The notes beneath the pieces are model-generated. The model did not search any database and was not told the origin of the DNA. It saw only the letters and a program-made list of their open reading frames with translations. From Phoronis australis (Eukaryota > Animalia > Phoronida): a DNA stretch of 64,000 nt. Every line of letters begins with the position of its first letter. The first letter of the stretch is position 1. Below, piece after piece: positions 1 to 12,036 of the stretch. Where the stretch lies: assembly GCA_002633005.1 (NCBI GenBank), contig NMRA01000076.1, positions 1 to 64,000 on the forward strand, in the 5' to 3' direction. The position numbers were made by a program, and so were the translations under genes.

Positions 1-458
1 TTTTTTATAATGTTTATTACGAAATCTTCGATAAAATGAATATACATAACCCAGAAAGCGCCAAGAGGCATTATATCTGAATTAAAAAAGTACAAAGAAA
101 TCTATATACAATTATTTTACACAAATACATAAGTTAAAAAAACTGTTGTTAAGATTGCATTGACATATGATTACGAAAGTAAATAAATCATTTTCATACA
201 CATGTATACAATTCTATCCACTCACACAAAGAGATTTAATATTATAAAGAAATTTTGATACTATTTCGAATAAAACCTTATTTTCATTTGAGTTGAGTTC
301 TTATCTTTCATATAGAAAAAAATAATTTTGCTGTACACTTGCAGAATTTCAGAATATTTTTTATAAATATTGGGGTATTGTTTGAGTGTCTGGAAAAGCT
401 GTACCCTCTGCTCCTTGCGTACTTCACAAGCAAAGAAAACATGAGCAAAATTTTGTCT

Positions 459-599
459 GTGGAATGCACTGTCACCCTTTTACTCTTTTTCCAAGCTTAA
501 TGATGTTTAGCCTTTCCCATTTCAGACGGTACCCTCTCTCGGTGGAGCAGTTCGGGGGAAATGTCCTTTTGTCCCTCTATACATGTAAATCCGACACTA
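459..599 (+). repeat. Dispersed repeat; inverted copy at 35604-35748
   Basis: CCCATTTCAGACGGTACCCTCTCTCGGTGGAGCAG...GTCCCTCTATACATGTAAATCC matches the reverse complement of 35604-35748. Confidence 0.8.
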
Positions 600-1448
600 C
601 TAAGTTTTCATGATGGAAGTTGAAATTCCAATCAAAAAACTCAAAACATTCGAGTGCAACACAGCCAATCGACCCAAACAATCAAAAATGCGAAAAAGTA
701 GAGTAGGATTGCCGCCATCGAAATGATTGAAATTTGAAGAACGTGAAGACCACAGAGTATTAGCCAGAGTTTTACCCATCAGAAATTCGCAACCCCGAAT
801 TGCAAAATGGAATGTGGGAGAATTTAGGGGGCCATGGCCCCTTGGCCACCACTAAGTCCGCCACTGTGCCCTCACCTAGGGCGGACGTGGGGGATTCGGT
901 AGAAATATGGTGGCATCGGGAGCACGAGGGGGTGGGGGTGGCGGAGGTAGTNAATAATTTTTTCCTTCCTACGGGCCTGATCTAGAGTGTGAGTTTAAAA
1001 AAGATACCCGTTCGTATGAGCTCCCAAAAAGTCGCCATTTCGTAGAGTCGTGCCAGAAACAGCGCCCTCTTTGGTAGGAATTCTTTTTAACCCATTAAGC
1101 ATTAAACGGTGTGCCATGTTATCAGAATGTTTAAGAAATGATTTGGAGTTAAAAATCACACTCCGTCTTTAGTGGAGGCTCAGAAAATGCAACCAACTGA
1201 ACAACGTGATGATTGGCGGCATTTGGTATCCATTGCAAAAGTAAGCTATTTGATTTCTAGAATAATTCGAGAACAATACTAAAATAAAAGAGTTTATGAG
1301 TCCTAACACTTGGAAGTGTTGAGGGGCGGATTTAAAGGGGGGGCAAGGGGGCCATGCACTCCCCTTATATTCTCCCCATATTCCATTTGGCAGCACATGG
1401 GTGCAAATATCTGACTGGTACAATCCTGGCTAATACTCTGCCCTGCCC

Positions 1449-2022
1449 NNNNNNNNNNNNNNNNNNNNNNNNNNNNNNNNNNNNNNNNNNNNNNNNNNNN
1501 NNNNNNNNNNNNNNNNNNNNNNNNNNNNNNNNNNNNNNNNNNNNNNNNNNNNNNNNNNNNNNNNNNNNNNNNNNNNNNNNNNNNNNNNNNNNNNNNNNNN
1601 NNNNNNNNNNNNNNNNNNNNNNNNNNNNNNNNNNNNNNNNNNNNNNNNNNNNNNNNNNNNNNNNNNNNNNNNNNNNNNNNNNNNNNNNNNNNNNNNNNNN
1701 NNNNNNNNNNNNNNNNNNNNNNNNNNNNNNNNNNNNNNNNNNNNNNNNNNNNNNNNNNNNNNNNNNNNNNNNNNNNNNNNNNNNNNNNNNNNNNNNNNNN
1801 NNNNNNNNNNNNNNNNNNNNNNNNNNNNNNNNNNNNNNNNNNNNNNNNNNNNNNNNNNNNNNNNNNNNNNNNNNNNNNNNNNNNNNNNNNNNNNNNNNNN
1901 NNNNNNNNNNNNNNNNNNNNNNNNNNNNNNNNNNNNNNNNNNNNNNNNNNNNNNNNNNNNNNNNNNNNNNNNNNNNNNNNNNNNNNNNNNNNNNNNNNNN
2001 NNNNNNNNNNNNNNNNNNNNNN
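1449..2022. other. Assembly gap (others: 11576-12036, 21267-21283, 34513-34841, 36389-36391; single Ns at 952, 9809, 50161)
   Basis: Runs of N in the sequence. Confidence 0.98.
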
Positions 2023-2633
2023 CCTGGTGTTTTCAATAGAGTTTGTAACTCAAAAACGGAAAAGAAAGCCTCAATAAGCGCTGATTTTGAGATAGAAAAA
2101 AATCTTCCGCAGGTTTGTAGCGCTAGTTGATCTACGTTATCGTCGTTTTTGCACTAAAACGTGTGATATAGTTCTTGGAAATATCCTACTTAAGTCCGAG
2201 TGAGCGTAAAGTTCCAAGATGACGCATACCTAATCTTGTGAAACGTGTGATTTCAATTCCAGCAGAACATGAGTATATTATTTAGCCATTCAGAGAGTGG
2301 ACAAGACGTTTGTCAATTTCTGAAGAGTAAAAACACGAAGATTTAAGACAATTTTTGAACGAAATGAACGGGAAATACGATAGACACGATTTCCAAGACG
2401 TTAGTGACTATCCACAGAGCTTCAGCGTTTGATGGGATCGCCTAAGAGTTGATAAGCGCGGGGTTTCTATTAGTTGATTGTATTTATATATGTACGCCGG
2501 TACCGTAACGTTGTACGAACTGACGAATGTTGTACCGAATCTGTGTGGCTTTAACACGTCACACACAAGCGCAGTATTGCTTTTTCATTTATAAGGGAAT
2601 AGCGCTCACGTATATGTGCTGAATGCATCCGGA

Positions 2634-2829
2634 GCACCTCCGGCATTTTCGTATCGTCAAATTTCCCCTTGGAGGTGGAAGTTATTTGCGCATGTGCGAA
2701 CTTCAATCATTCAGAAAATCATGTGACTTTCAAACTGGGAAAGATTGGCCGTATGACTGACATTCGCACATGCACAGGTAACGTTTACCTTCAATGAGAA
2801 ATTCGACGTAACGAAAATACCCGATGTGT
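2634..2829. repeat. Old, degenerate inverted repeat (~77-bp arms), probable MITE relic
   Basis: ATTTTCGTATCGTCAAATTTC...GCGCATGTGCGAA pairs with TTCGCACATGCAC...GAAATTCGACGTAACGAAAAT. Confidence 0.6.
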
Positions 2830-3048
2830 TGGGTTCAACTCTGGTAAAACGTTTGTGGTGAACAGAACAAATTTTCTAAACTGAATCGTTTTAGCCAAAA
2901 TATTTTAAAGTCATGCTCGTGTTAATCTAGGTCGTCGGTACTGAATAAAATTCTTAAGAAGATCACAAAGCGTTTAACGCGAAATCTTGTATTTAAACGT
3001 GCTTGTTTATTTTATTTATTGATAGAATTATTTGTTATTCTGTATCAG

Positions 3049-3207
3049 GTGGACGTTTGTCTGAGCGCAAGTGACTATCTGATACTGATCCAGGCGTCTG
3101 TGTCAGAGAGACTTAATCTTCCGTCTGACAGTGTGCGCAGTGTAGAGACAGTGTTTGAGAAACATGAAGTCCAGAAGGTGGTGCTGCGTTCACCAAATGC
3201 TTCTCAG
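3049..3207 (+). CDS. ATP-grasp ligase (carnosine synthase/L-amino-acid ligase-like), copy A, exon 2
   Basis: Acceptor tgtatcAG at 3047-3048 and donor GTattt at 3208. The 159 nt give 53 codons, VDVCLSASDYL...VETVFEKHEVQKVVLRSPNASQ. Similarity to the paralogous exon at 57329-57487 starts and stops at the splice sites. Confidence 0.85.
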
Positions 3208-4259
3208 GTATTTCATGTAGGTCATGACACAACCATATCATGTAATGAAATGCTTGGATATCAATGCCTGCTGTTCATACCACGAGAATTTCTATTTCTT
3301 AATCATTGTTATCTCCTTCTTCATCCTCTTCACCGTCTTTTTTGTTCCTGTTGTTCTTCTTAATTTTCTTCTCTTCCTCTCCTTCACCTCCTTGTTCTTC
3401 CTCCTTTATTCTTTTGTTTTTTCTTATTTTCATCCCCATTTCTCGTGTATCATGGGCTATAGTGAATAGTTTTATTCTATTCCAATAGATGTCGCCAGAA
3501 AGTGGCTTCATTTAAAGCCTAACTTCAACGGAATTTTATCATTTTAGATGTATTGGGCTAGTCTGGTAGTCTTAGCAAAGCCTTAAAAAAATAAGAAAAC
3601 GCGAGTTTAATCATGAAAATGTAGGGCCGTCAAATGATAGCTGAAGCCGCCTTTTCGCGTCCTAGTGCGTCACCGCGAGATCCCTGCACAAGCAATAAAA
3701 AGCCGACAACAGTTGTGTTGAATAGGGGCCTGAATACAACACAATTGCGCGCGGGTGTTAATCGCAACTGTTTGGCTTAAAAGGTGACTCTCGCGGTTAC
3801 GTAGACAAAAACAAACCAATATGACTAACAGTTCAGTACATTTGACAATTTATGACACCATTGGGCTCAAAGCAATGCTTTTAATATACTGTAGGATCGA
3901 AATTTTTAAGTGTTAGCTTTCAATATAGGCGTTAACGGCCTGAGGTAGCTCAACGGACTACTTTTTGCAAAGTTTTTCAAAATCACGCAAGTGTTGCGTA
4001 GTTGCCGTTTCACGGGTTCAGGGGCCTTTGTTCCCCCCAATGAATCATCTCTGTCACCAAAACCCGTTTTTCTGCCATCGGGGTATTGGTCCCACATTTT
4101 TCCAGCGACGGAGTTTGTATTCAGCCTTGTAAAGTCGACTTTTTGTTTTGCTCATGTCTGTGCAGTGCACGTGAGAAATGAGTGGGCCAAATCTCACGGT
4201 GATAATATCGAACGTTATTTAGGTAGTGTTTACGTGAGTAAGTCCACTTGGACTGGTTA

Positions 4260-4692
4260 CAAGGTACCTAAACTACACGGTCAACGGACTCATAAACACG
4301 ACTCACGGACCTGCAAACACCGTCCACTGACTCACAAACACGGGAACGGACTCAAAAACACGATCCACGCACCCAAATACACGGGACACGGACTCACATT
4401 CACGAGGAAACACGGTTAACGGACCGCCAAACAGGGGTCACGGACAAAATAAAGATGTCAGCTGACCCAGGAAGCCGATGGGTCCGTGACCCGTCAGTGT
4501 TTGGCGGTCCGTTAACCTTGTTTCCTCGTGAATGTGAGTCCGTGTCCCGTGTATTTGGGTGCGTGGATCGTGTTTTGTGAGTCCGTTCCCGTGTTTGTGA
4601 GACAGTGGACGGTGTTTGCAGGTCCGTGAGTCGTGTTCATGCGTCCGTGCCCGTGTTTATGAGTCCGTTGACCGTGTAGTTTAGGTACCTTG
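4260..4692. mobile_element. Foldback-type MITE (433 bp, ~185-bp near-perfect inverted arms with internal CACGGAC/AAACACG subrepeats)
   Basis: Ends are CAAGGTACCTAAACTACACGGTCAACGGACTCATAAACACG... and ...CGTGTTTATGAGTCCGTTGACCGTGTAGTTTAGGTACCTTG. A direct repeat GGTTA flanks it at 4255-4259 and 4693-4697. Confidence 0.85.
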
Positions 4693-7107
4693 GGTTAACG
4701 GTTACTCCATATAGCTCGCAGTACAAACCGCTTTCACTGAAAAGGATTACACAATGTGGGCAGCACATTCTATATACTCCGCCTACGTACATGTACAATA
4801 CTAAACGTTTTGTTGTATGTTGTCTTAGTTGTGGAGCCAGAACGTGTTTTGTCACTCCCACACAACTGATTTCCGGTGTTAACTTTGTATTTATGATCGA
4901 CATATGTCCCAAATAATAGATAAATGAAACGTGCGTCGCAAGCTCGTTACCAGAGATGAAAAGGAGACCGACGTAGGCGATATAAGGTCATTTATTATGA
5001 CTAGTACAACTACAATAAAATGAATACAGGTAAATGACGTTTAATAGGTAATCTCTGATAAGATGGGCAATAAAAAGCGCCGGCCACGTGGAAGTACAAG
5101 AGACTAACGAAAACTGGGAGGAAGAGGGTGGGAGTAGGACAACACGTCGTTTTTCCAGCCTTCGCATTGGTCTGCTGTTATCACGTGCCTCGAGTTTGGT
5201 CAGCTCTTGGCTCTTATAGGCTGATGATTGCCACGTGTCTTTAGGGGCGTTTTTCTTTGTAATTGTATATAGTTACACACGTGTATAACAGTGTAGCACC
5301 ACTTATTAATTTAAACCGTACCGCCATTCAGTTTTTAGTAGGTAGTTCGTACTTAAAAATCCTTGCCTTATCCTCATTTTAGGTTAATTTTTAAGTGTTT
5401 GTAATGGACTTTAGACAAGATAATACGAGTTTTCAAAAAGCTTTGAAAGTTTTCAACAAACACGTCTATGCGAAAAGTAGCACATCTTACGATCCCGTCA
5501 AATAAATTTTCATTATAAAGAGTATCACGTGAACCAGAATGTAACGAACATAAACAGTATTCGAGTTCTGGATCTACAGTAGCTCGTCTATAAATGTCCT
5601 ACTTTTGTCAAGAATTTATAATGCTATACTACACTAGTAATCAGATGTTACATATGCATATACATGTAGCGACAATGCTCAAGTCATGGTTGAGAAACCG
5701 ACGCAATGACTCGGATACGCTGAGGTGCAAGGGCGCTAGGGAATTGGCCCGAGTATGAAAACGAAAAGGAGCTGAACAGTTGCTGTTCTCAACGAGTTCT
5801 AGCGTAGACGCAAGATTCTTGCAAAGAATTGGAGATAGCGGTGTGGTCACGTGCTTCGTTTGTTATTCAAGGAGATATCTCGAAGTCTTACGTGATTTTG
5901 CGTTTTCGCGAGATTCTTGCGTCTCCGGAACGTACGCCTGGTTATACTTCTGTAAGTATCAGAAACTCATTTGTAACTTGTCAATCTCATAAAACCTTGG
6001 CACGCTCGATGTTCATGTTCACGCTCAGTTTTCCCGCACAACATTCCCACTTTTATTCTGTCTGTTGTCTTTCTACGTTCTTTCTCTCGCCTTTACTTTG
6101 TTGAATGACTCAATCCCATAGTAGGTCCCCTCGTCGTCCAACAACGCAAGCTGTGAAGTCAGTGATGAACAATGGTGACTCTCGAAAAGCTAAACACAAA
6201 CAAGTACGGATGCGCGAAGAGCTGTTCAAGTCGTAGCAATTGTCATCTGCAGTGTTTCAAGTTCATCTATTAAATTTTCTGCGATCATTTTGGAAAACTA
6301 CAAGGGGCAAGCGGCCTTGGCAATTTTCTGTAACTGAATCTGCATTAATGATTCGTTTATCCAGTGTATAGTATAGTGAAAAATAATTTGAATTTTAATC
6401 ATCTTGTTCGCCATAGTGGTGTTCGGCAACTTTTAATTGCTCCACATGAGAAAAAAATGTCTTCGGGCTAAAAACCATTCGGAGAAACACTATATCTTGG
6501 GTCCTGCATTCCATGTTTCCCCACAAGAGGATCCCAAGCCCCGTCCATACTTTTCTCTAGAGGAAGTACTCATTGTCGGGATACGTGCACCCAGGGGAGG
6601 GGGCTCGAACGACCCCCCTCCCCCAAGTATTTGGCGAAGTGGGCAAAAAGGTCCGCCTCAGCGAAACAAAAATCCGAGTAAATGAGACAAAAGTCCACAA
6701 AATCCCACGGGAAGTGAGCGCGGATGCACAATTCATGGGCCTGAACCTAGTGGCCCCGTTGTTTTTAGTCCTCGATGATTTCTTTCACTAAAAGGTCCAC
6801 ACACCAAAAAATTCGAGCCCGCTCCTATACTTTAGGCTGGTTGCGCGAAAGCCTTGCAAGGTCAGACAACAGGCGTCAAGTAGTTAAGTTAAGTGGTTTT
6901 ACTAAAGTGGCTGACTGAAGGTCCGTGTTCCCTGCAGTTCTACTGTAGAACGCAGGCTGAGACGGGAACTGTTTAGGGCCTACCGCGACTATACAGGGAA
7001 AACTTCCAAGGTAACAGGCTCGCTATTTTATGCGCCGGAAGCAACATGACTGGTTATAAGCTGGTTCTGTCACTCCAATTGAAAATTTTCTGTTTTCCTA
7101 TTTATAG

Positions 7108-7326
7108 CATGGAGTTGCTAGCTATGCTGTGGAAACGCAAGAAGATCTTCTTAAGGCCTTAGAGAAACTCGAATACCCAGTTATAATGAAACCACTGTGT
7201 GGTAAAGGGTCCAGCGGTTGCAGATTGTTGTATGATGATGTAGAATGCCGGCGACATCTGGTGAACTTGAAGATCGACATGTTACATGGTGGAAAAACAA
7301 GTGAGAAGTTCTGCTACAAAAATGAA
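7108..7326 (+). CDS. ATP-grasp ligase copy A, exon 3 (ATP-binding lid, YPVIMKPLCGKGSSG)
   Basis: Acceptor tttatAG at 7106-7107 and donor GTaagc at 7327. The 73 codons run HGVASYAVETQEDL...FCYKNE and contain the classic ATP-grasp P-V-x-x-K-P-x-x-G-x-G-S-x-G motif. A paralogous exon lies at 62407-62628. Confidence 0.9.
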
Positions 7327-7867
7327 GTAAGCAAATCAATGACACATGGTGTGAAGTCGTTACTGTGCACTTTTAATTGGAAGACTATGATTTGGAATTT
7401 ATAATGACGGTTGTCGCACTTGAGGTTCCAACTTCTTTGTTGGAATTACAGAGTACAAACTTTGCAGTTCCTTTTAAAAATGGTCATCTGGACAAATTTT
7501 TTAAATAAAGTTTTGATGACAAAATCATGTTAGGAGTAAACAAGACATACCACAACCTTCCAAAACTATCACCGGTCCCTGTTTGGGGCTTGCCAAGCTC
7601 AATGTTGGGAACTAATAAAGTTAAAACGTTTTAAGTTGGGTTTATTCTCTTTAAGGTTACCCTGTGATTAGGTTACTAAGTAAGCATCACTCTGGTTGGT
7701 TACTGTCTGGCTAATACGATTTTCACTAGCCAATAAAAAACAGGGTCACGTACTTCATGTGTTAGTCCAAGTTCCTGATGGAAAAGATTTAACCTATCCC
7801 GCTCTCTCGCTCTCTGGTATCTGTCCTGTCATGTCTCATTGATTGACTATTTCGATTCTTCTTTTAG

Positions 7868-8560
7868 GTCGTCGTTATGGAATACCTCAAGGGAAAAGTA
7901 TTTTCAGTAGATGTCGTCATCTGTCAAGGAAAACTCATCGGCGGTGTGGTGATGCAGAAGGGCCCGTCTGAACTTCCGGTATTTTATCCTACAACTACCT
8001 CAATGCCCGGAGATCTTAGTTTCACTGACCAAACGAAATTGATAAGGGCCTCGTATGATTGCTGTATGGCAGTTGGTCTTACAAATGGCGTCTATGACGT
8101 CGATATGGCATGCGTAGACTGTGATGTCCCGAAACTGATCGAAATTAATCCGAGACCAGGAGGTCACGGAATCAATGAAATGGCTACCTCTGTTTATGAT
8201 ATCAACTTATTTTTCATCAATGCTCTGTTGAAATGCGAGATTGTCATTTCACCGGAAGACGTTAGTATAGTCCCCAAAGGACACGCTGTAGCCAAAGTTT
8301 TCAACCACAAGCAACACGGACATGTTTTGCTGACGTCGTTGCCAAAGATGATCTCGTCTCAGATAAGCTACCGAGGAATTTCCCTAATAAACACAGGACG
8401 AAGGATGGTGGAAGATTACCTACAAGACAAAAGCGCTAGGCCTTCATATTTTGTGACGATTTTGGTTGTAAGTGCGTATCACGGCAGAAGCAAGCGAAAA
8501 GCAGCTGCACAACTAGACATGTTTTTGAAGGAGACCTGCCAACTGGAGATGATAACATAA
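7868..8560 (+). CDS. ATP-grasp ligase copy A, terminal exon 4 (MEYLKG..FSVD; DVD...LIEINPRPGG)
   Basis: Acceptor cttttAG at 7866-7867, then 230 codons plus TAA. Carries the ATP-grasp metal-binding EINPR-x-GG motif shared by CARNS1 and L-amino-acid ligases. Confidence 0.92.
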   Translation, partial: VVVMEYLKGKVFSVDVVICQGKLIGGVVMQKGPSELPVFYPTTTSMPGDLSFTDQTKLIRASYDCCMAVGLTNGVYDVDMACVDCDVPKLIEINPRPGGHGINEMATSVYDINLFFINALLKCEIVISPEDVSIVPKGHAVAKVFNHKQHGHVLLTSLPKMISSQISYRGISLINTGRRMVEDYLQDKSARPSYFVTILVVSAYHGRSKRKAAAQLDMFLKETCQLEMIT

Positions 8561-8862
8561 ATGTTACGCTCAAATTTTAAATGCACTCCTGTCCAGTGTA
8601 TGCTTCATCTGCTGTTGGACCCATTGGCAGACAGAACCGTATAAAAGTTGAAAAAAGCCATAACATAGATCCCCATTAAGTCTTGAAATCTCTGACCAGA
8701 CTTCTTCCTGGCTTCTAAATATGACTGGTAATATTAGTTTACGTCACGGCCTAAATTCCTACGTTTTATTCTAATAACTGGAAAGCGTTTTAATTGTTTT
8801 TAAAGACTTGTCACGCTGCGATAATTTGGTCTCAGTTCAGCCAAATCGCATACTCAAACTGA

Positions 8863-8868
8863 AATAAA
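8863..8868 (+). terminator. Candidate polyadenylation signal AATAAA for copy A
   Basis: AATAAA about 300 nt after the stop, also present in the duplicate. The duplicate has an extra proximal AATAAA at 12755-12760 where copy A reads TATAAA (8640-8645). Confidence 0.35.
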
Positions 8869-11800
8869 TGACGTTAGCAGCGGTGAGTTGAAGCAATCCG
8901 TGAACTTCACTCGGTTCATGGTTTTATCACGTGTAAATGGGAACGCCCAAATTCGGGGCATTGAAAACTCAGAAACAAAAGACCAACCCCAAAACATGAA
9001 CCAAGACAGCGGTTTTCAAAGATACTGCTGCATGGGGTTAAAGTCGTGAACACTCGTTCTGCTGGAAGAAACGAAGGGTTTGTAAAGCAGTACTTTTCTG
9101 GGCGTAGAAGTGCTTATTGTGCGCGTGGAAATGGTTGTTTGGAGTACTACGCGTACTCCTGTCTGTTCATGTATGTAGTCGTATTATCTAAGCAACATTT
9201 TGTTACAAGATATTCTTGCCTATTTCTATCAAGTGGATATGTTACTGAAAGCACTATTTACGTAATGAGAGGATGGGTAAGTTATAAAGTATAACATACG
9301 AAATGGGTTAAGTAAGTTTGGACTTTTTACTCGGAGATGGTATTCATTCAACTTGCGCCGTAAGTTGTCGAATTGCAATGGATTGTGGTAAAAAAAATTG
9401 GATCATGGTCGCAGTTTTGTGCGCTGAAAAGTTGTCGGATTTTGACATCGTTCTGTTTATTTTGAAAACTGCATATGCATTTGATGCTGAAGGTTATTGG
9501 TCAGTATCGGTGTTACTTTTGCGGGTTTGCTCATACGTGTTTTGGATGGATAGTAGGACATTGAATTACGTAATCCGGGTTTTTGGTGTTTTTTTGAAGT
9601 AAATACTTTTGCATGGACATATGTTTTCGTTATTTATCGTAACTTGAACTTCCGTAATGCCGCACGCGCTTGTATACACATCCAGTCAAGGGCGTGACGA
9701 CACTAGTATTGTTTGTCAGTTCATCGCTAGTCAACAATGAGGAGATGCATAGGCTTATTTGCAGTTCGGGGGGCATATGGCATATCTTTGTGGGAAAATT
9801 CCATCCCCNGCCAAATGGGGCTCGAACGAGCCCCCCGAGCCCCCCCCCCTCTGCGCGCATGGAATGTTGCAGGGGCACAAGGCAGGTATGCACCATATAG
9901 GGATGTCATAGCCCTTGGTCTAAGAAATGCACCACATTTACTCATTGGTGTAGACTGAGAGCGTGAACTTCTTGAAAATTACGTAGAAATCCGCCGACAT
10001 GATCTGGAGAGGCTTCGCTAAGTTATAAATGTGATGAACTGGCCCTCATACACCTTCTTGTGTAATCATAAAGAGACCTAGAAAACCTCCGTAAACCAAA
10101 TTCGTACAACTCTAGTACCCAAAACTTTATTGTGTCAAAGCTTCTCCTCGTGACCGTAGTTCGTTTTTGAGTTACAACATGGTTAAGGTAGCGCTGCCTA
10201 CAGCCAAAATGTGAAAAATTGGACATCTTTCCATTTTCCACTGTAGCCAACGAGAAAATTTGCATGCACGCACCCTCTGGCGAAGTGTGAAAAACGGTCC
10301 GCCTAAGAGAAACAAAAACTCAGAAAAATGTAGAAAACGAGACAAAAGTCCCTTAAAAAGGCAGGAACAACCAAAATTCGGCGAATGCACAATTCACAGC
10401 TCTGAACGTACCCTGTGAATCTTAGTAAAAGGTCCATATTCTCAAAAATTCGAGTCCCCACATTTTTTTGGCTGGGTGCGCGCATGATTCATATTATCAA
10501 ACCTCGACATAAAAATTTCGCCATATTTTGCTTATTTCGTCGTGATGTTGATCTATATTTTCGCGTTTAGTCACACGAGTGGAAAAAACAAGAAGACCAT
10601 TGATCTCGTGTAGTGGAAAAGGCTGGTTTTAAATGCCGACTTATGGTAAAAGATCGTCAGATGTTTGCAACTTCTCAATGTTTTTAGAAAATTTAGTTAT
10701 CCAAGAGATGGTATAGCATAGTGCAACTGTTTTACTCTGTTGATTATTTGAACTATGACCTTCGTTTTGACGCCCTCCTCGCATTGCTGATTTTTCCCAG
10801 AAAAGCCACAGTAATCGGAGTGGTAATAAGTGACATAGAAGTGCCAAAATATTTCAGTTTCGAAATACTTCATGAAAGCAAGTGAGAGGAATGCTTTGAA
10901 AGTAAATATCCAAAACAAACACTAATAATCAAGGGATTGTGAATCAATAACATACCTTTTTCTCAATGCATTTTGCCGAAAATCACTAGTGGTATCAGAA
11001 AAGAAAAGACAGCTTAGAATTTTTATATCTCGGATGTTGAATGTTTTCACCGGAGGCAGAATATAATGATGTCACCACGGTCATAGCTTTTACCGGCTGC
11101 CACCACGGGGGTTTCACGCATGCAGTCATCGCCTGCCAGTTGCTGGTAACAGTCAGCTTCATGGGTCCCTGATTTCCGAATAACGGGCGTTTCAATGGGA
11201 GTAACTAGTTTTGAAATCAGGAATCCATAAAACCTTCCGTTATCCAGTTGCCAAACTTGCTATACACTGTCGTGCCACGGTGTTATCCTGCCTGCTACAA
11301 ATTTGTCCGATTTTTGTTACCTAAACGGTATCTGTCCTACTGTTGCCACTCCAGATCACTCTGCTGTAACTGTTCTGCACCCACGCGCTAAACCATGCCC
11401 GCACCCAGTCTAAAAAATGAGGGCTCGAATTTCTGAGAATGTGGACCCTTTACTAAGATTCGCGGGTTCGTTCAGACCTATGAATTGTGCATTCGCTGAA
11501 TTTTGATACTTTCTGCCTTTGAGTGGACTTATGTCTCGTTTTCAATTTTTTAGTAGTTTTTGTTTCTCTGAGGTGNNNNNNNNNNNNNNNNNNNNNNNNN
11601 NNNNNNNNNNNNNNNNNNNNNNNNNNNNNNNNNNNNNNNNNNNNNNNNNNNNNNNNNNNNNNNNNNNNNNNNNNNNNNNNNNNNNNNNNNNNNNNNNNNN
11701 NNNNNNNNNNNNNNNNNNNNNNNNNNNNNNNNNNNNNNNNNNNNNNNNNNNNNNNNNNNNNNNNNNNNNNNNNNNNNNNNNNNNNNNNNNNNNNNNNNNN

Positions 11801-12036
11801 NNNNNNNNNNNNNNNNNNNNNNNNNNNNNNNNNNNNNNNNNNNNNNNNNNNNNNNNNNNNNNNNNNNNNNNNNNNNNNNNNNNNNNNNNNNNNNNNNNNN
11901 NNNNNNNNNNNNNNNNNNNNNNNNNNNNNNNNNNNNNNNNNNNNNNNNNNNNNNNNNNNNNNNNNNNNNNNNNNNNNNNNNNNNNNNNNNNNNNNNNNNN
12001 NNNNNNNNNNNNNNNNNNNNNNNNNNNNNNNNNNNN

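Noticed and set aside
1354-2130. Long ORFs spanning N runs (also 11519-12157 and 34453-34878)
   Set aside because: Artefacts of translating assembly gaps as X.
3299-3511. Charged, Ser-rich or Phe-rich ORFs over a CT-rich tract (similarly GAT/GAC-rich 38247-38471)
   Set aside because: Low-complexity intronic or intergenic sequence rather than a protein.
3512-3925. Possible additional TTAA-flanked Kolobok-type MITE (and a piggyBac-like host around 40930-45273)
   Set aside because: The terminal repeats are too degenerate to define both ends and a TSD by eye.
3991-4419. 142-aa ORF with His/Thr/Lys repeats
   Set aside because: Its 3' half is read-through of the foldback element subrepeats.
6160-6255. 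Intronic GTGATGA as a possible C/D snoRNA C box
   Set aside because: No CTGA D box or terminal stem at a suitable distance.
7877-8560. Assigning the gene symbol CARNS1, or reading the ORF as an intronless bacterial gene
   Set aside because: Orthology cannot be shown without a phylogeny, and the protein is about half the length of CARNS1. Conserved GT-AG junctions across paralogs show that it is a spliced eukaryotic gene.
9046-11195. Sets of short ORFs repeated at 13160-16292 and at 48386-49744 / 52462-53820
   Set aside because: They recur only because the DNA is duplicated. They have no recognisable domains or splice-bounded conservation.
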